From Octopus vulgaris (Eukaryota), in NCBI GenBank assembly GCA_951406725.2, contig OX597826.1:35712001-35776000 (forward strand): DNA of 64,000 nt, given 5' to 3'. How positions within the stretch are numbered: position 1 is the stretch's first letter; every line of letters starts with the position of its first letter. Below, piece by piece: positions 26,801 to 41,090 of this stretch. Position numbers and translations under genes: made by a program. Below the pieces are notes generated by a model. It was not told the DNA's origin. It searched no databases and was given only the letters and a program-made list of their open reading frames with translations.

Positions 26801-29230
26801 CAGTGGTTCCTAACCAATTTTTAACCAAGCCTCACCGAATCGTTTCTAAAATCCTGATGCCCACATGTCATATTTAATTTTTGTTATCCAAAATTTGTTA
26901 ACCAGAAACAAAATTAAAAAGTATATATAGTGCAACAGATGTAAAAAAAAAAATATGTAGGAAATGAATATGAAAACAAAAAAGGGAAAGCAACGGGGGT
27001 GGGAAGGCTTCGGAAAATTCACAAAATTAGAGTTTTTCCCACCCCATAACTTTCAGGAAATTTTTTTTTTTTTTTTAAATGGAAATTTATATAAATACCT
27101 CTAAGAATCGTTCGCTCTCAGGAAAAATGGGGGGGGGTACGGGGATATTTAATAACGAACCATGTAATTCAGACTCTGGAAAATTTATTTCTGTAAAATG
27201 TTTTTTTTCTTAAATACACAAGATATAGACTATAAATTTAAGATGTTTTTGAAAGATACTATATTTTAACATTAGAATATATATACTTTCTCACACCACA
27301 ATTAAGATATATTTATTTTAAATTGTTCATGTTTCTCCCCTCCGCCCATACGCACAAAAATTAGTTTGGGCTCAATTTTTATCATTTTCTTTTCCTTAGT
27401 GAAAATCGTTGAGGTGAAAAGATCAATGGGGTGGGGGTGAAATTTCTGAGGTTTCCACCTCACCCCCACCCCGTTTTTCGGACCCCAAAAAGGGTTTTGT
27501 AGCATATTAGGATGGCACAGGAATTCATTCAATGAAAAAAAAGGAAAAAGTCCCAATGATCTTGGTATGGGGCAGGGGTCCCCACTTCTTCCAAACCAAA
27601 GTAAGGGATTTGCAGCATATTAGGAGAGCAGAGTACTTGATCCCACGCAAAGAAAAAAAAACCCAGTTTTTTTTTCTTATTGAAAATCGTGCGGGTGTTA
27701 ATATTAAAATTTACCAAATTAACCGAGATTATTTAACACAATATGCTTTACAATTCTATATTTAATTGTGTGTATATATTCGTTATTTTTGCTTCTGGTG
27801 TCTTCTGCCTTTGTATTAGAAACGTTACCTGGCAGTTTACTTAAAGGGGAAAAATCATATGCAACAGATAAGTCGTCTTAATAACATTTAGCTGTGTACC
27901 ATACCGTTAGCTGTTATTTTTAGCATAATGAGTTTCCTGGTGAGGGCTTCATTTGCCTTCATTGCCTGTTTGTTGCTTCAGGAGAAATCTACAAATGCAC
28001 AAACAGAGAAAATGAAACAAATATGGACGACTTGTTCAGAAACACCCGCAAGTGGGGAACAGCTCTGAAAATTAGTCCCCAATTATTTTCCCCAAAAATT
28101 CCTATGTCCTCGGAATCTACATAGTCTGAAGTATATTTGTAGAGAAATATCCATTTTCTTGAAAGTTAAGACGAATTGAAGAGGACTCCGGTGAATTTTC
28201 CGAAATTCCCCACCCCAACCCCTAAAATACTTTCCCCCAATTTTGTATATTCGGAATCTAACATAATATGGCATAACTATAGATTCCTGCCCCCCACTAA
28301 CTTTGGATGATCATAACTTTCAGAAAAATGGATAATTTTTAATGAAACTTTTTACGAATATTTGCTATATCATGTAGATTCCACAAATGCAAAACTTCTG
28401 GGGAAAAGTATTTTAGGAGGGGGTGGGTGGGGAATTTCAGAAAATTCACTGGCGTCTACTTCAATTCGTCTTAACTTTCAAGAAAATAGATAGTTTTTAA
28501 TGAAATTTTCTACAAATATACCTCAGACTATGTAGATTCAGAGAACATAAGAATTTTGGGGGCAAACAATTAAAAAATATCCATTTTTCTGAAAGTTATG
28601 ATCATCCAAGGTCGGGGTGGGGGCAGGAATCTATAGTTACGTCCATGATATATAACACATATTCGTAGAAAATTTCATTAAAAATATCCATTTTTCTGAG
28701 TTATGATCATGGAGTGGCATGCGGTAATCTGTATTTATGCCTTTGAATCTTCAAAAAATATTTCAGTTTAAACTTTCGGAAAATAAGCCCCAAAATAAAA
28801 AAATATATATATTCCATGAATCTTCTTAGCAGCAAAAGCATTTGTATCAATGATGGAAGTTTTGTGTTCCCTTTTTGCTGAATTCACAAACTGACTGGTG
28901 GGAATAAAATGACCTGTTAATTTTCATCTCTGTTCATATATATGTGTGTGTGTGCATGTTTACATTATCAGTACCATAAATCTCTATCTGCCTCCCTCTC
29001 TCTTTCTCTCTCTTTCTGCCTCTTTTTATTCCTTCACTGATGCTACCCCTTACTTTCACTCCATTTCAACCCATTTCACACCATTCAATTCTTTCATCCC
29101 TCACTGTTGCCAGAGATAAAAGGGTTAATACTCTTAGACACACCCATACATGTAAGTTCGTCTCCAGTTTATTTCTCCATAGGGAATTACGATGGCATTT
29201 CTTTCAGTACTGACCAGTTCTATCCTACAT

Positions 29231-29261
<31 letters not shown>

Positions 29262-29575
29262 TACACTCACACACAAACACTACACATGCACATATGTGTT
29301 TGTAATAACCTACACACCACTAAATCGAAAGAAATAATCTGTTCCCTCTTTAGTGATATCAGATCTGATGAACAATATGAAAATGACTTGTTGTTTCTAA
29401 AGTATCCAAAATTTGATAAAATTAAGAACTCATTCTCAAATTGTCCCCTTTCTCTATAGGTGTACTAAACATTGTGTACAAAAGGTATAAAAATTCAGCA
29501 TAACTCTATGCATGCCCCACTAAAATATTACCATACTCCACCGGTGGGGCATGCACCCCACATTGAGAATCATGG
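26801..29575. mobile_element. Non-autonomous hAT (Charlie-type) element containing nested repeats
   Basis: Exact 8-bp TSD CTGTAGAG at 26793-26800 and 29576-29583, with imperfect TIRs CAGTGGTTCCTAA and TTGAGAATCATGG. Confidence 0.72.
28085..28700. repeat. Complex of overlapping inverted repeats inside an unclassified non-coding DNA element (about 26935-28820)
   Basis: 28085-28216 pairs with 28421-28571, 28278-28340 with 28572-28636, and 28320-28365 with 28658-28699. cataacttt/aaagttatg motifs recur. Confidence 0.8.
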
Positions 29576-30770
29576 CTGTAGAGAAAGTTATTTTTGAGTT
29601 CAAATTCCTCCATGGCTCTTGTAACCAGAGCTAGATGCTTGATCATTACAGTACCCTGTACATCATGCTGTAATTAGACTGATGAAAATAGGTGCTTCCA
29701 ACCACAATCGAAAAGCTGGCAATGATATATATAATATCCAACAAGTGATAGACAATGAAAGTAAATATTAACAATATTATATGGAGTGTTATTTTGCTGA
29801 AGCATTATTATTATTATTATATAATTTAATATGTAAAGCTATATTTAATGGCTAGGATATATTTAGTATTGGTGTTGCTTTAAGATCATAATATTAGGGT
29901 TATAACCCTTAATGGATTTTAACACGCTAAGGATTACAATTCTAGGACCAGTCTCAAGACATAATTAGCTCATTTGTCAGCTAGGAATTTGGTTATATGA
30001 TTTACAGAAATTAGAGGAAAGATTCCAATAATCAGCTTATGTGATGGCAAGATTTCTACCTGACAAAGCTGATAAATGGCTCCTGAAATGGTTGTGGTGC
30101 TGTTGTTAGTGACTTGCTGAAAGTATTTGGGGTTGTAAGTTGAAGTTATTAAATTGCATCACAACTAAATAAATTTAAGAACATTAAATATGGTTTAATA
30201 CGAAAATTGATTTTGAATTTCTTTTCTTCTGAATCTAATAAAAGAAATACCAGCTTTATACTGAGGTTGATTGTATAAATTAGTCACTGTCTCTTGAAAA
30301 GTTGATCTTTTTTTTTCCTGAGATTCATTCATTCCTTCCTTTTACATCCATTTTCCCATGCTAGCATGGGTTAGATGAATACATATCATTGAAGTTTCAT
30401 TTTATAGCTGGATATCCTTACTGAGATTAACCCTCACCTGTGTTTTTTCCATTCATCTTTGCTGACAACGAATGTCAATGAAAGCCATTGTTTGTAAATC
30501 AATACTTCCATGCAAAGTGAAGAATGTAAACATGAGCTTCCAAACAGTTTCCATATGCCAAATCCACTGGTGTGCATCGATCAAGCCAAGGATATAATAC
30601 AAGACAGGCCCAAAGTGCCGCACAATGGAATAGAACTCAAAACCACATGATCACAAAGGAAATTCCATATCCATGAAGCCATGGCTGCACCTATTACAGA
30701 TTCTCAATTGTTCCCTCCCCTCCAAATCTCTGCACTTGTGTCTATGTTAGAAACATTATTATTATTATTA

Positions 30771-30821
<51 letters not shown>

Positions 30822-31213
30822 GGGTGGGGGTACAGTTGGTTGTCAGAACTGCCAAGGCATTTGACAAAATACCTTGAAGCTGATACCTATGGCTCTTTGT
30901 ATTGTGTGTTCAAATCCTGATGAGACTGAATTTACCTGTCATTTTCCCAGGGTTGATAAAATAATATACCAGTTAAATGGTGGTAGTGAGAGTGATATTT
31001 AATAAGCTGTCCTCTGCAAAGATATCTGACCTCATGTTTATGTAATTAATTATCATTATGATGTCTGGCCACAGAGAAATATTACCATCTTTGGAAATAG
31101 GTGAGGGCCAGCAGCATGAAGGCCATCCAACCAGAGAAAATCTGTCCCCATAAACTTCATCTAACCCATGCATGCATTGAAAAGTGGATGTTAAATTGAT
31201 GATGATGAGGGGC

Positions 31214-31247
<34 letters not shown>

Positions 31248-34190
31248 CTATTAGTTGCTAAAGACTGAAGATTAAAATCATGTGTTGCTCATGTTTGAAA
31301 ATGGTACTGCCAGTGTTTGTTCCCTGCAAGCCTTTCTCTGACTAAAGTCAGAGGAGTCACAGAGTAACAAAAATTTAAAAAATGAAATAAAACGGTTTAC
31401 ATGATTTCTCTCATCATGAAATATGAAGGCAGAAAGATGTTGCCAATGAGAAATGTCAGTTGAATAAACTAATGAAATTAGCTTAATTAAGAATATGTGA
31501 TATTTTCTAACATCGTCCAGTTGTTGTTCTACAATTAAATTAGGTTGACCGAATGTTGAACAAACATTGCATTTGTGTTTGTGGTGTGCATATTTGCATG
31601 TGTCTTTGGACATGTGTATATCTTTGTGTATTAGTGTATATATGTTAGTTACAAGTATGTGTGTGTGTGTGTGTTTGTTGTATGTATGTAAGTGTTTTTG
31701 TACATGTGTGTTTGTTTGTGAATTTGTCTTTTGTGGGGGTGGAAATGAAAAGAGTTGTGAGTCAAGCTATGTTAGATAGAGCAATTTCCTTATTTGGTAT
31801 TTGACATTTATTCTTGATATCTTCTCATAGGAAAGGGGAAAAAATATTAATTTCCAAGCAAATCATAAATAAATGAAGATAAAATAAAAAAAAAGGAACT
31901 CTCATATAAGACTCTGAATCTCTTCTCTAATTACAAGGGATAGCTTTCTACCTTACTCCATGCACATCAACCTTCATCTCAGTTTCCTTTCTATGTAGCT
32001 GTCTGAAGGAAACTGCTTATCAAACCAGGTTCCATATTCACAAATTTTCTGGTTTTTCTTTTTTTCCTTCCAGAACCATCCCTCTGCCATTATCTGCTAA
32101 TGGATGGGTCATGAATCAATTAATTACAAGCAAACCATTGCAAGAACAAAAGTATTTCTCTCTTTCCTTCAGCACACCCTTTTACCAATTTGCATCCCTT
32201 TTTCTGATTAATATTGGAACTATTACAATAATGGTAGTGGTTGTAGGTGAATTCTAAATTGCTATCATTAGAAACTTTCATGTGGGAGAGAAGTCCATTA
32301 TGTAACAATTGTCAGCAATACCATTCCATTCTTGTAGTGTATTAAGTAATACAAAAGCTTTATGGCTTCGGTAATTCCAAGGGCTCCAGAGAATTATGCT
32401 GTTTTCATTTAAAACCTTGCAAATCATGTTTATGACATGCCATGAAGGTTATAGAAGGAGGTGAGGCTTTTAGATCGTTCCCTAGGGTCTATAGAGGGAA
32501 TCAGGATAAAATGATAACGTGTTTTAGATGAAATGACAGTTATGGGACTTTCGGTGAACTCGTTTGGAAAAAGTTCTGTTGTTTTTGAGCTCCATCAAGA
32601 AAGAGAGAAAAGAAAGACTAAGGAGAGGATTGTGGGATTGACAAGGACTGTAATGGAACAAATTTAACACATGGGTGATCAATGTCTTAGGAAGGTTCCA
32701 TTGATTAAAGCCAGCATTTGGTGAGGTGTTTTATACTCTGTGAGTGGCGGTGTCTTTTAGTAGGAATTGAATAGGGAATTTATTAAACGGTCATCATCAT
32801 CACCACTGCAACAGTCATCACCATCATCATCATCATCAACCCATTCCTCTCTCCCTTGTTCATCCTCAACGCAGTAATTATTGCTCATCGATATCATCAT
32901 TGTTTGGCTTTGCTCTTTCATGTTTGTTCTCTTGTCTATTGATGTCATTCTAACTGTTAGTACCATTGTTGCAGCCATCGTTGTCCTCATCGTAACCTCC
33001 CTTCCACCATCATCATCATCAGTAGCAGCAGCAACAATACCATCACCAACATCATTATCGATGTCACCTTGCCTCCCTTTCTTCACCACCATGGTCACTA
33101 TCACTACCACTGCTGTCAAACTTATCATCATCATGATGATAAGCAATGACAGCATTACTGGTGGTGGCATTCCCCCTTGTCTTGACATCTTCCTTGTTGT
33201 CATCGTATTATCTTTATCATCACAATTGTCACCTTCATAATTGTCGTTGCTGTCATCGTTGTCTTTGCTGTTATTGTCCCCATCACATGTTCCTATCCGT
33301 TAAACATTCCTTTTCATCTACACCCATGACCAGATTCACAGAGGTTTGCATAATTACATGTTACAGAACCAAACCATCACCCAATACAACAATGAGATGG
33401 ACAATAACACACAAATCAAAACTATCAGATTACCACCCAAAACCATTCAACCTCATAATCTTGGAGAAACTATCCAAGAGATCATAGATTCTATGATTAA
33501 GCATAACTGCTAAATGGGTACATGTTAGAGATGTCATTGCTTCATGATCACATGAAGATATTATTGTTTCATGTTTGCGTGTAGACATAGCTGTTTCATC
33601 ACAACATGAAGACCACATGTTATGGTTATTTCATGCCTTCATGCTTTATAGCTTTTTCCTTGATTACATTAAGACATGGATATTTCATGGCTTCATGACT
33701 ACTTGTTATTACCAAATAACACCTCTTTAATAAAGTAAATAAAAAAACTGCAATTTGAGGGAACACCTACGGCTAAAAGTGATAAAATTTACTTCAGCAT
33801 CTGGGACAATTTTGCTGCTGCTGTGGCTACAGCAGTAAACATTGACATCCAAACAATAAAAGATAAAGTGGTTCCCAACTGACTGACATGGAGGTATTGA
33901 CCAATGCTTGTCAACCTCAGATTTACAAGGATGTTTACTCCTTCAATACCTTCTACAGCTACTGCAATGGCTTCTGCTTTTTAGAACAAGCTGATCCCAT
34001 GCTACACTTCCTTATTGCCTAAACCTTTCCTGCATTGTTCTGCACCAACCACTCAATCCATTCCTTCTCTGCCAGAAGGTAAAACCTTTGGAAGATCTTC
34101 AGTTGTATCAATCTCATTAGTCTTTGATGATGACTCAAGAGGACCTAGAATACAACCGCTTCTTCCAGGTCAAACTATGCAAAAGGTTAT

Positions 34191-34602
34191 GGATTAAAAG
34201 AGGAAAAATATGAGATTATTTTCATGGATATATTTGGCTTAAAGAATTAAATCAACAAAACTTATTCAGACCAAATATTTATTTAGTAGTTTGAATACAA
34301 TATTTAAAAACTGTGTCTCTATACAAAATTATACACCTGAATAGATAAACATCCTAATATTACTAAATATTTACATTTAAAAAATTACTTTATAATCTAT
34401 ATATTTTTTTTATAACAAATCAATATTATTAAAACTGTAGATTTGATTTCTGATTTGTGTGTTCATTGACTGTGATTTTAATTCCTCCATTTAAAATATA
34501 AATTAATCAATTAGGCTTGAAAAAATGTGGGAAAATGGGAACATGCCATCATCACAGTTTTGGGGATGGTAGTTGTGAGTTCAATGGTTCCTTATGCAAG
34601 AG
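34191..34602 (+). repeat. Copy 2 of the ~400-bp duplication
   Basis: Aligns by eye to 5887-6300. Confidence 0.95.
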
Positions 34603-34835
34603 CAGTACTTCTCAACTGGGATCCATGTGGCCCTTAGGGTTCATATAAGATTTGTTTTGTTTAAATTTATACTTCTACAATGCACGATATATTTTTACAA
34701 TTTTTTAAATACAATTCCTTATAATATTTAATAAAAATTTTAAAGGATATATTAAACATCAAATGGGTGAAAGGGTCAACTGGAGTGAAATAAGAACCAA
34801 AGAGGTCCATAGATAAAAATGGTTGTGAACCACAG
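34603..34835. mobile_element. hAT/Charlie-type MITE
   Basis: Ends are CAGTACTTCTCAAC and GTTGTGAACCACAG, with TSD tgcaagag/tgctagag (7/8 match). The element is absent from the paralogous site at about 6290. Confidence 0.7.
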
Positions 34836-36659
34836 TGCTAGAGGTATATCATAATATCAAGGTAGCAAGCTGGTTAGCATAGCGGACATTTTTCTGTTTT
34901 TTTATTTTGTTATTTCTTCTGGCATTTTACATTCTGTGTTCAAATTCCACTAAGGTTAATTTGGTTTTTCAATAGGTATCAGTTAACTGACCCTCTCCTG
35001 AAATTCCAGGCTTTGTGCATATTATAAAATGAATTATGCTAGAGGTGTATCACAATATCAAGGTATCAAGCTGGAAGAATTGTTGGCATGTAAGAAACAA
35101 AATTCTTAGTAACATTTCTGCTAGTGCTTTCCATTCTGACTTCAAATTCCACTGAAGTCAACTTTATCATTCATCCTTATGATAATACCAGACGAATTTT
35201 GGGGTCAATATAATTGATTTGCCCTTTCCCCTAAAATTATTGGCCTGGTACCAAAATTTGAAACCATTATGATACGGGAATGTTATTGAAAGTTTTGTAT
35301 TCTTACTGTGAATTTAGAATTGTTGTTTAACCCCAAGTCAGCTATAACAGACCAGGCCTCTGATCAAATGTCACCTAGCCATGGGCATCCTATATCAATT
35401 TAAGACAGCAGACTGGAACTGAAAAGGAAATTTGTTTGCTGTTTCAAGCAAGTCAAACAATCATGTAAAAACTCCCTCGTTAGTTGAGGTGAAACTAATG
35501 TATATTTAGTGAAGCGATTCTTTAATTGTATGGTACTACATATTGATGCAGAGCTAGGGGTACCTGGCTGTGCTGAAAAGTTTTTAAAATGTTATTTTAA
35601 GTTTTAGAAAATTCATAGTAAATCTTAAGAATTTTCAAAAACATTCTTCTAATAATTTTGCTAATCATAAATGTGATGAATTAAACACATTAAGCAATAC
35701 TTTCATTTTTTAATTCTAAATTTGAAAAATTTAATACAGCGTTTGTCTTTTTATTTTTTATAAAATGTGCCAGTAATTTCTTATTTTTCTTACTTCATGT
35801 TCATTACAAATTCCTGTGTATAATCTAAGGGAAATAAACACCAAGGGAGTGTTTACCCCAACTGAATTTCACACACTGGAACTTCTTGAATTGAATGCTA
35901 CAAATTTATGAAACATTAATCAATTTTATGATGCTCCTGCTGTGTGCACCAGTTCTATTTTCCAATAACCACCATAAAGTGCTGCTAGCAGGGCTGCATT
36001 ATAATATTGACAAATATGTTATTTTACAACTGCAGTGTTTGAATCCTACTTCAGTGTGGCTGAGATAGGGTCAAATTTCACCAGATATTCTTTACGTGTG
36101 GCTTGTTTCCTCCACAACCAAATATGATGGAACTGCAGCTAAACTTGAAATCAATTGAATTAAAGTTAACAATGAATGAATGGAGGTGATTGCCATTGAT
36201 GTAGAGTAAGATAAACAAAAGTTTGTGCCAGGGTTGGAAAGGTCAAGAGATTGAGCAGAAGACTTCCCACAGCAAGAAAGAGAGATTTATTTCAATCAAT
36301 GATGAGAGATATAACTTTTGATCAATTCGATGGAGTGACTTTGACAGAGAGGCAGAAGCAAAGGCAAATTTAAACAAAGCAGATGTCAAACTCTCACAGT
36401 TGTTCTGGAATGTTCAGATTGCCAAGATGATTTTATTCTTGATAATTTGTTGTTAGAATTTCAATGAAGTTAAAGGTTAAACATATTTATTTCAGTAAAT
36501 ACATCAAAGAAAATGTATTGCTATGGTGATGCTGAAGTAATTGCTAATTAATTTAAAGACCTACATCAACAACAAAGGCCTAACAGATTAGAAGAAAGAA
36601 TGTAACTACAATGACAATATACATATATACATATACACACATATACATATATACATATA

Positions 36660-36890
36660 TCTCGAACCCACAAGAGTAAACAAGAGAGACAAAGACAGAC
36701 AGAAACAAGGAAAATGCCCCTTGTATTTGAATACTATGCACATATTCTTTTACAAAACTTTTCATTTAATTTTTCCAAATTTTAATTGTTTTCCACACTT
36801 AGGGTTGAAAAAGTCTCAATGACCGAAACCGGTACTGAAATGTTTTTTATAAAATTATTATAGCATTTTCTACCTTGACTTTTTTTTCCA
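36660..36890 (+). mobile_element. Probable Penelope-like terminal fragment with a degenerate hammerhead (36801-36838)
   Basis: uugaaaa-a-GUC(ucaau)GAC-c-GAAAC-CG-GUA-cug: stem II, GAAAC and palindromic stem III are present, but CUGAnGA is corrupted. TA-rich arrays flank it. Confidence 0.4.
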
Positions 36891-37420
36891 TGTATATATA
36901 TATATGTATATTTATATATACATACGTGGATTCATATTTATGTGATTTATATTAATATATACAAATACACATATACACACAAACATACATATGTGTATTT
37001 GTCAATACATTTAAGGTCATTTGTTGATAGTGCTTAAAGCAGAAACAGAAATAAGGAAAACACAAAAGATTTATTTGATAAGAGTCACTGATACATGGAA
37101 ACCCACATGGCTGAGCAGATATAATGTAGCAAGGAGACCCAGGATTTGATCTCACTGTGCAGTGCTTCACTTTGTCTTTTGTGATAATCTTGTGTCCACC
37201 AATACCTCATGAGTAAACCTGGGTTGAGAGAAACTTACAGACTGTGCCCAAATGGTTTTGTCTGGGGATTACATTAAGAGTGCATGTGTCTCTGGAGTAC
37301 TCGACCACTTACATACAAATTCACTGAGACAGTAGGACTGCTGATCATACAACTTGGATTTACTTGAATATACTGAAGCTCCAGTTTACAAGTTACACAC
37401 ACACATATATATATACAAAT

Positions 37421-38336
37421 CATCATCATCATCATCATCATCAAACGTCCGTTTTCCATGCTAGCATGGGTTGGACGGTTCAACCGGGGTCTGGTGAGCC
37501 ATGGAGGTTGTACCAGGCTCTAGTCTGGTTTGGCAGTGTTTCTACAGCTGGATGCCCTTCCTAATGCCAACCACTCCGTGAGTGTAGTGGGTGTCTTTTA
37601 TATGCCACTGGCATAGGGGCCAGAGCAGGCTGGCAAAGGCCCACGATTGGTTGGAGCTTTTATGTGTCACCGACACGGACGCCAGTCAGGCAGCGCTGGC
37701 ATCTTCCATGTTCGGACAGTGCTTGTTACGTGTCACCGGCACGGGTATCTTAACTACAATTTCCATTTGATTTTTATATTGATGATGATGTACTTGACTC
37801 AATAGGTCTTCTCAAGAACAGCGGGTCACTCTATAATCCAAGGTTAGCACTGCAGGCCGTCCTGTGAGCCATGAACTCACTTCATATGTCGGGTCTTTAC
37901 AGTCACAGCATATCTCATGGGTCTTCGTCTTCGTCATTTCCTCTGTGAGCCCCTATGTGCCACTGGCACGGGTATCACAACTACAATATCCATACGATTT
38001 TTATTTTGATGTTGATGAACTTGACACAATAGGTCTCCTCAAGTGCAGTAGGCAGTCCTGCAAGCCATGAACTCACTTCATTTGTCAGGTCTTTGAAGTC
38101 ACAGCATATCTCCAGAGGTCTCAATCTTTCGTCATAGCCTCTGTGAGGCTCAACGTACGAAGGTCATGCTTGACCACCTCGTCCCATATCTTCCTGGGAC
38201 TACCTCTACCCCGGATTCCTTCAACAGTTTGGGAGTGGAACTTCTTCACACATCTCTCCTCATCCATCCGTAGTACATGACCATACCAACGCAATCGTCT
38301 CTCCTGCATGCTGCATCCAATAATTCTTATGCCCAA
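37421..38336 (-). mobile_element. RTE-clade LINE 3' fragments, two partly duplicated segments in tandem
   Basis: The minus ORF reads CSMQERRLRWYGHVLRMDEERCVKKFHSQTVEGIRGRGSPRKIWDEVVKHDL. A (CAT)n tail lies at 37421-37442, and 37730-37950 is repeated at about 37955-38150. Confidence 0.85.
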
Positions 38337-39186
38337 CATATGCATATATATACATGTGTGTATATATATGCATATATATGTATATATATACAAGTATATG
38401 TACATATATGTGTGTGTGTATATATTGATTCAATATGTATATATTGAATCAACAAAAAATTACTTGATGCAGTGAGAGATAAATGTTAATGTAATACACA
38501 ACCAAAGGAGTTACTAATAACTTCATGCCTTTACGATATTTTAAATTTGCATGTGTATAAAATACACCACGTTTCCTCAAGCAATCTTTATGCATTGGAT
38601 GTATTTAAAATCAAGGACGCTGTACAGTGGGAAAATAAGGGTGAGAGGGCAAGGGAGATGGATAGATTTATAAACAGACACATATTTCTGTATAATGTGT
38701 GACGTTTCTTCTCTGCAACATTTCGCCTGACTGTATGTATTACAGCAGAACCTTAGTCACGTCATCATAATCATCTACTTGTCTCCATTTACCTGGGTTT
38801 CATGAAAAAAATTAGATGGAAAGCCATAAGATTCTTGATTTATCTGAGTTGGACTGGAATTGTGAAATAATAAATATTGTGAAGAAAAACAATTTGCAAA
38901 AGTTCTAATGGGAAGAGATACAACATGGAAGACTTACTGGAGACAACATGAAGTGTATAAATGCCTACATGAATGTAAATTTTGCAACTATGCATGTATG
39001 TACATATGTGCACATATATATGTGTGTGTGTGTGTGTCTTTATATGTGTATGTATATATATTTACACACACACACATACATACATACATATATATATATA
39101 TTTATATATATGTATTGGGATGCATATATACATACATATATATGTATAATTATATATACATATATATAAATATGCATGTATGTATG

Positions 39187-39241
<55 letters not shown>

Positions 39242-39321
39242 TGCGCAAATTTATACCCCTCCACTCACACATATCTATTTTATGTACATAATTATTCGTA
39301 CATATATACACATATTTATTC

Positions 39322-39386
<65 letters not shown>

Positions 39387-39945
39387 TGTACATATACTGA
39401 TGTATATAATGTGTTAGAAATAAATCCCTGTTAAGTAATTGAAGCCCATATTGAGATCATTATTTTAATAGTTTCCAAGATTGGATCAGTTCCTTGTGAT
39501 TTCAGCATACAAAAGCATAGATTGAAACAAGGGAATAAAATGGTACCAAAAAAACAAACAAAAGGTGCCATAGAGAAATATAAATAAAAAAATTTAATTC
39601 TAATGTTCAGTTATGAAGCTGTTGATTTGATAATTAATAAATGTTTTAATTTGTTTTATACTTTTTTAAAAGATTATTTCTTTATTTATCCATTTATTTA
39701 TTTTCATATTAAATTTTATTTCTAACTTCGCTAATTGGGTTTAAGAAATATTAAATGACAAAAATATATAAATAGAAAATATTAAATAAAAGGTAATTAA
39801 ATGACATAACGAACAATAAAAAAAAAGAATATAATAAAATATAATGAACAATAGAAAAATAAATAAGTTGATAATGTTAGAAAAAAATATGGAATTTCTA
39901 CCAAAGACAGGGAAAAATTCCCAAGAAATTGCATTGATGAAAATC

Positions 39946-39997
<52 letters not shown>

Positions 39998-40009
39998 GTA
40001 GTAGTAGTA

Positions 40010-40061
<52 letters not shown>

Positions 40062-40877
40062 TGATAATAATAATAATAATGATAATAATAATAATAATGA
40101 TGGTACTGATGACACAATGACAATGATGATGACAATGACATTGATGATGATGATGATGGTGGCGATGATGATGATGATGACGTTACTATGTAGACTATGT
40201 TGAGAGAAAATGCTGTGGAAATTACAGTTTTATTTTATTTGTTGTGTTCTATATTTCTTTTTTAGGGGTTTTAGAATTAATCAATGAGTTTAAGAGAAAG
40301 ATAAATTGTAATTTAGTACCATGCTTGTGAATAATGAGAAATTTGAGAATGGAATGTAAACATTAAAAATAATTGGTTTCTAGAGAGAAGGAATCAACAT
40401 GCTTGCAGGGAAAGGTTGTCATTTGTCAGAAGTCATGTTCTTGTAGAAGGAGTCTTGTGTGTGTATCATGGCTAAAATTGTAAGAAATATCAGCTAACAT
40501 CACCTGTAAGGGAGAAGTGAGATACAGGTGGGGTATTCCTGCTGTCTTCTTCTTACATCCTTGTCTGCTATTCCTTCTTCTTTCTCGTTTATCTTTGAGA
40601 AAACTTATAGAAAATATAAAAGAACGAAAGTATTCAAATGAAATATGTGATCGGAAAGAAATATGGTTTTAAAGAAATGAGTGGCTTAAGATTGTAAAGA
40701 AACGGAGATTTTATCAGGAAAAATAGGAGATGCAGCAATTTCCATGGAATCAGAAATGGTCAACTTTTCAGGACAAGATGGCTGCCTTGTCTCAGTTGAA
40801 AACTGGATGAGAAAGTAGATGTGGGTGAGATTGTTCTGCTGGTGTTGCCACTGCTGCTGCTGGTTCCCCTCCTCCAT

Positions 40878-40934
<57 letters not shown>

Positions 40935-41090
40935 CAAAAATAATAATAAGCAATAACAGCAACAACAAAAGCAGCAGTAGTAGTAGTAATGGTGGTAGTG
41001 GTGGTAGTAGTAGCAGTAGTTACAGATGCAATAGAACACATTCAATTTGTGCTGAGAAGTGGTTGGAAATCGGAATTGTGTCTCGCATTG

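Noticed and set aside
38710-38765. Additional hammerhead on the minus strand
   Set aside because: A hairpin followed by GAAAUGUU is present, but there is no recognisable CUGAnGA or stem I.
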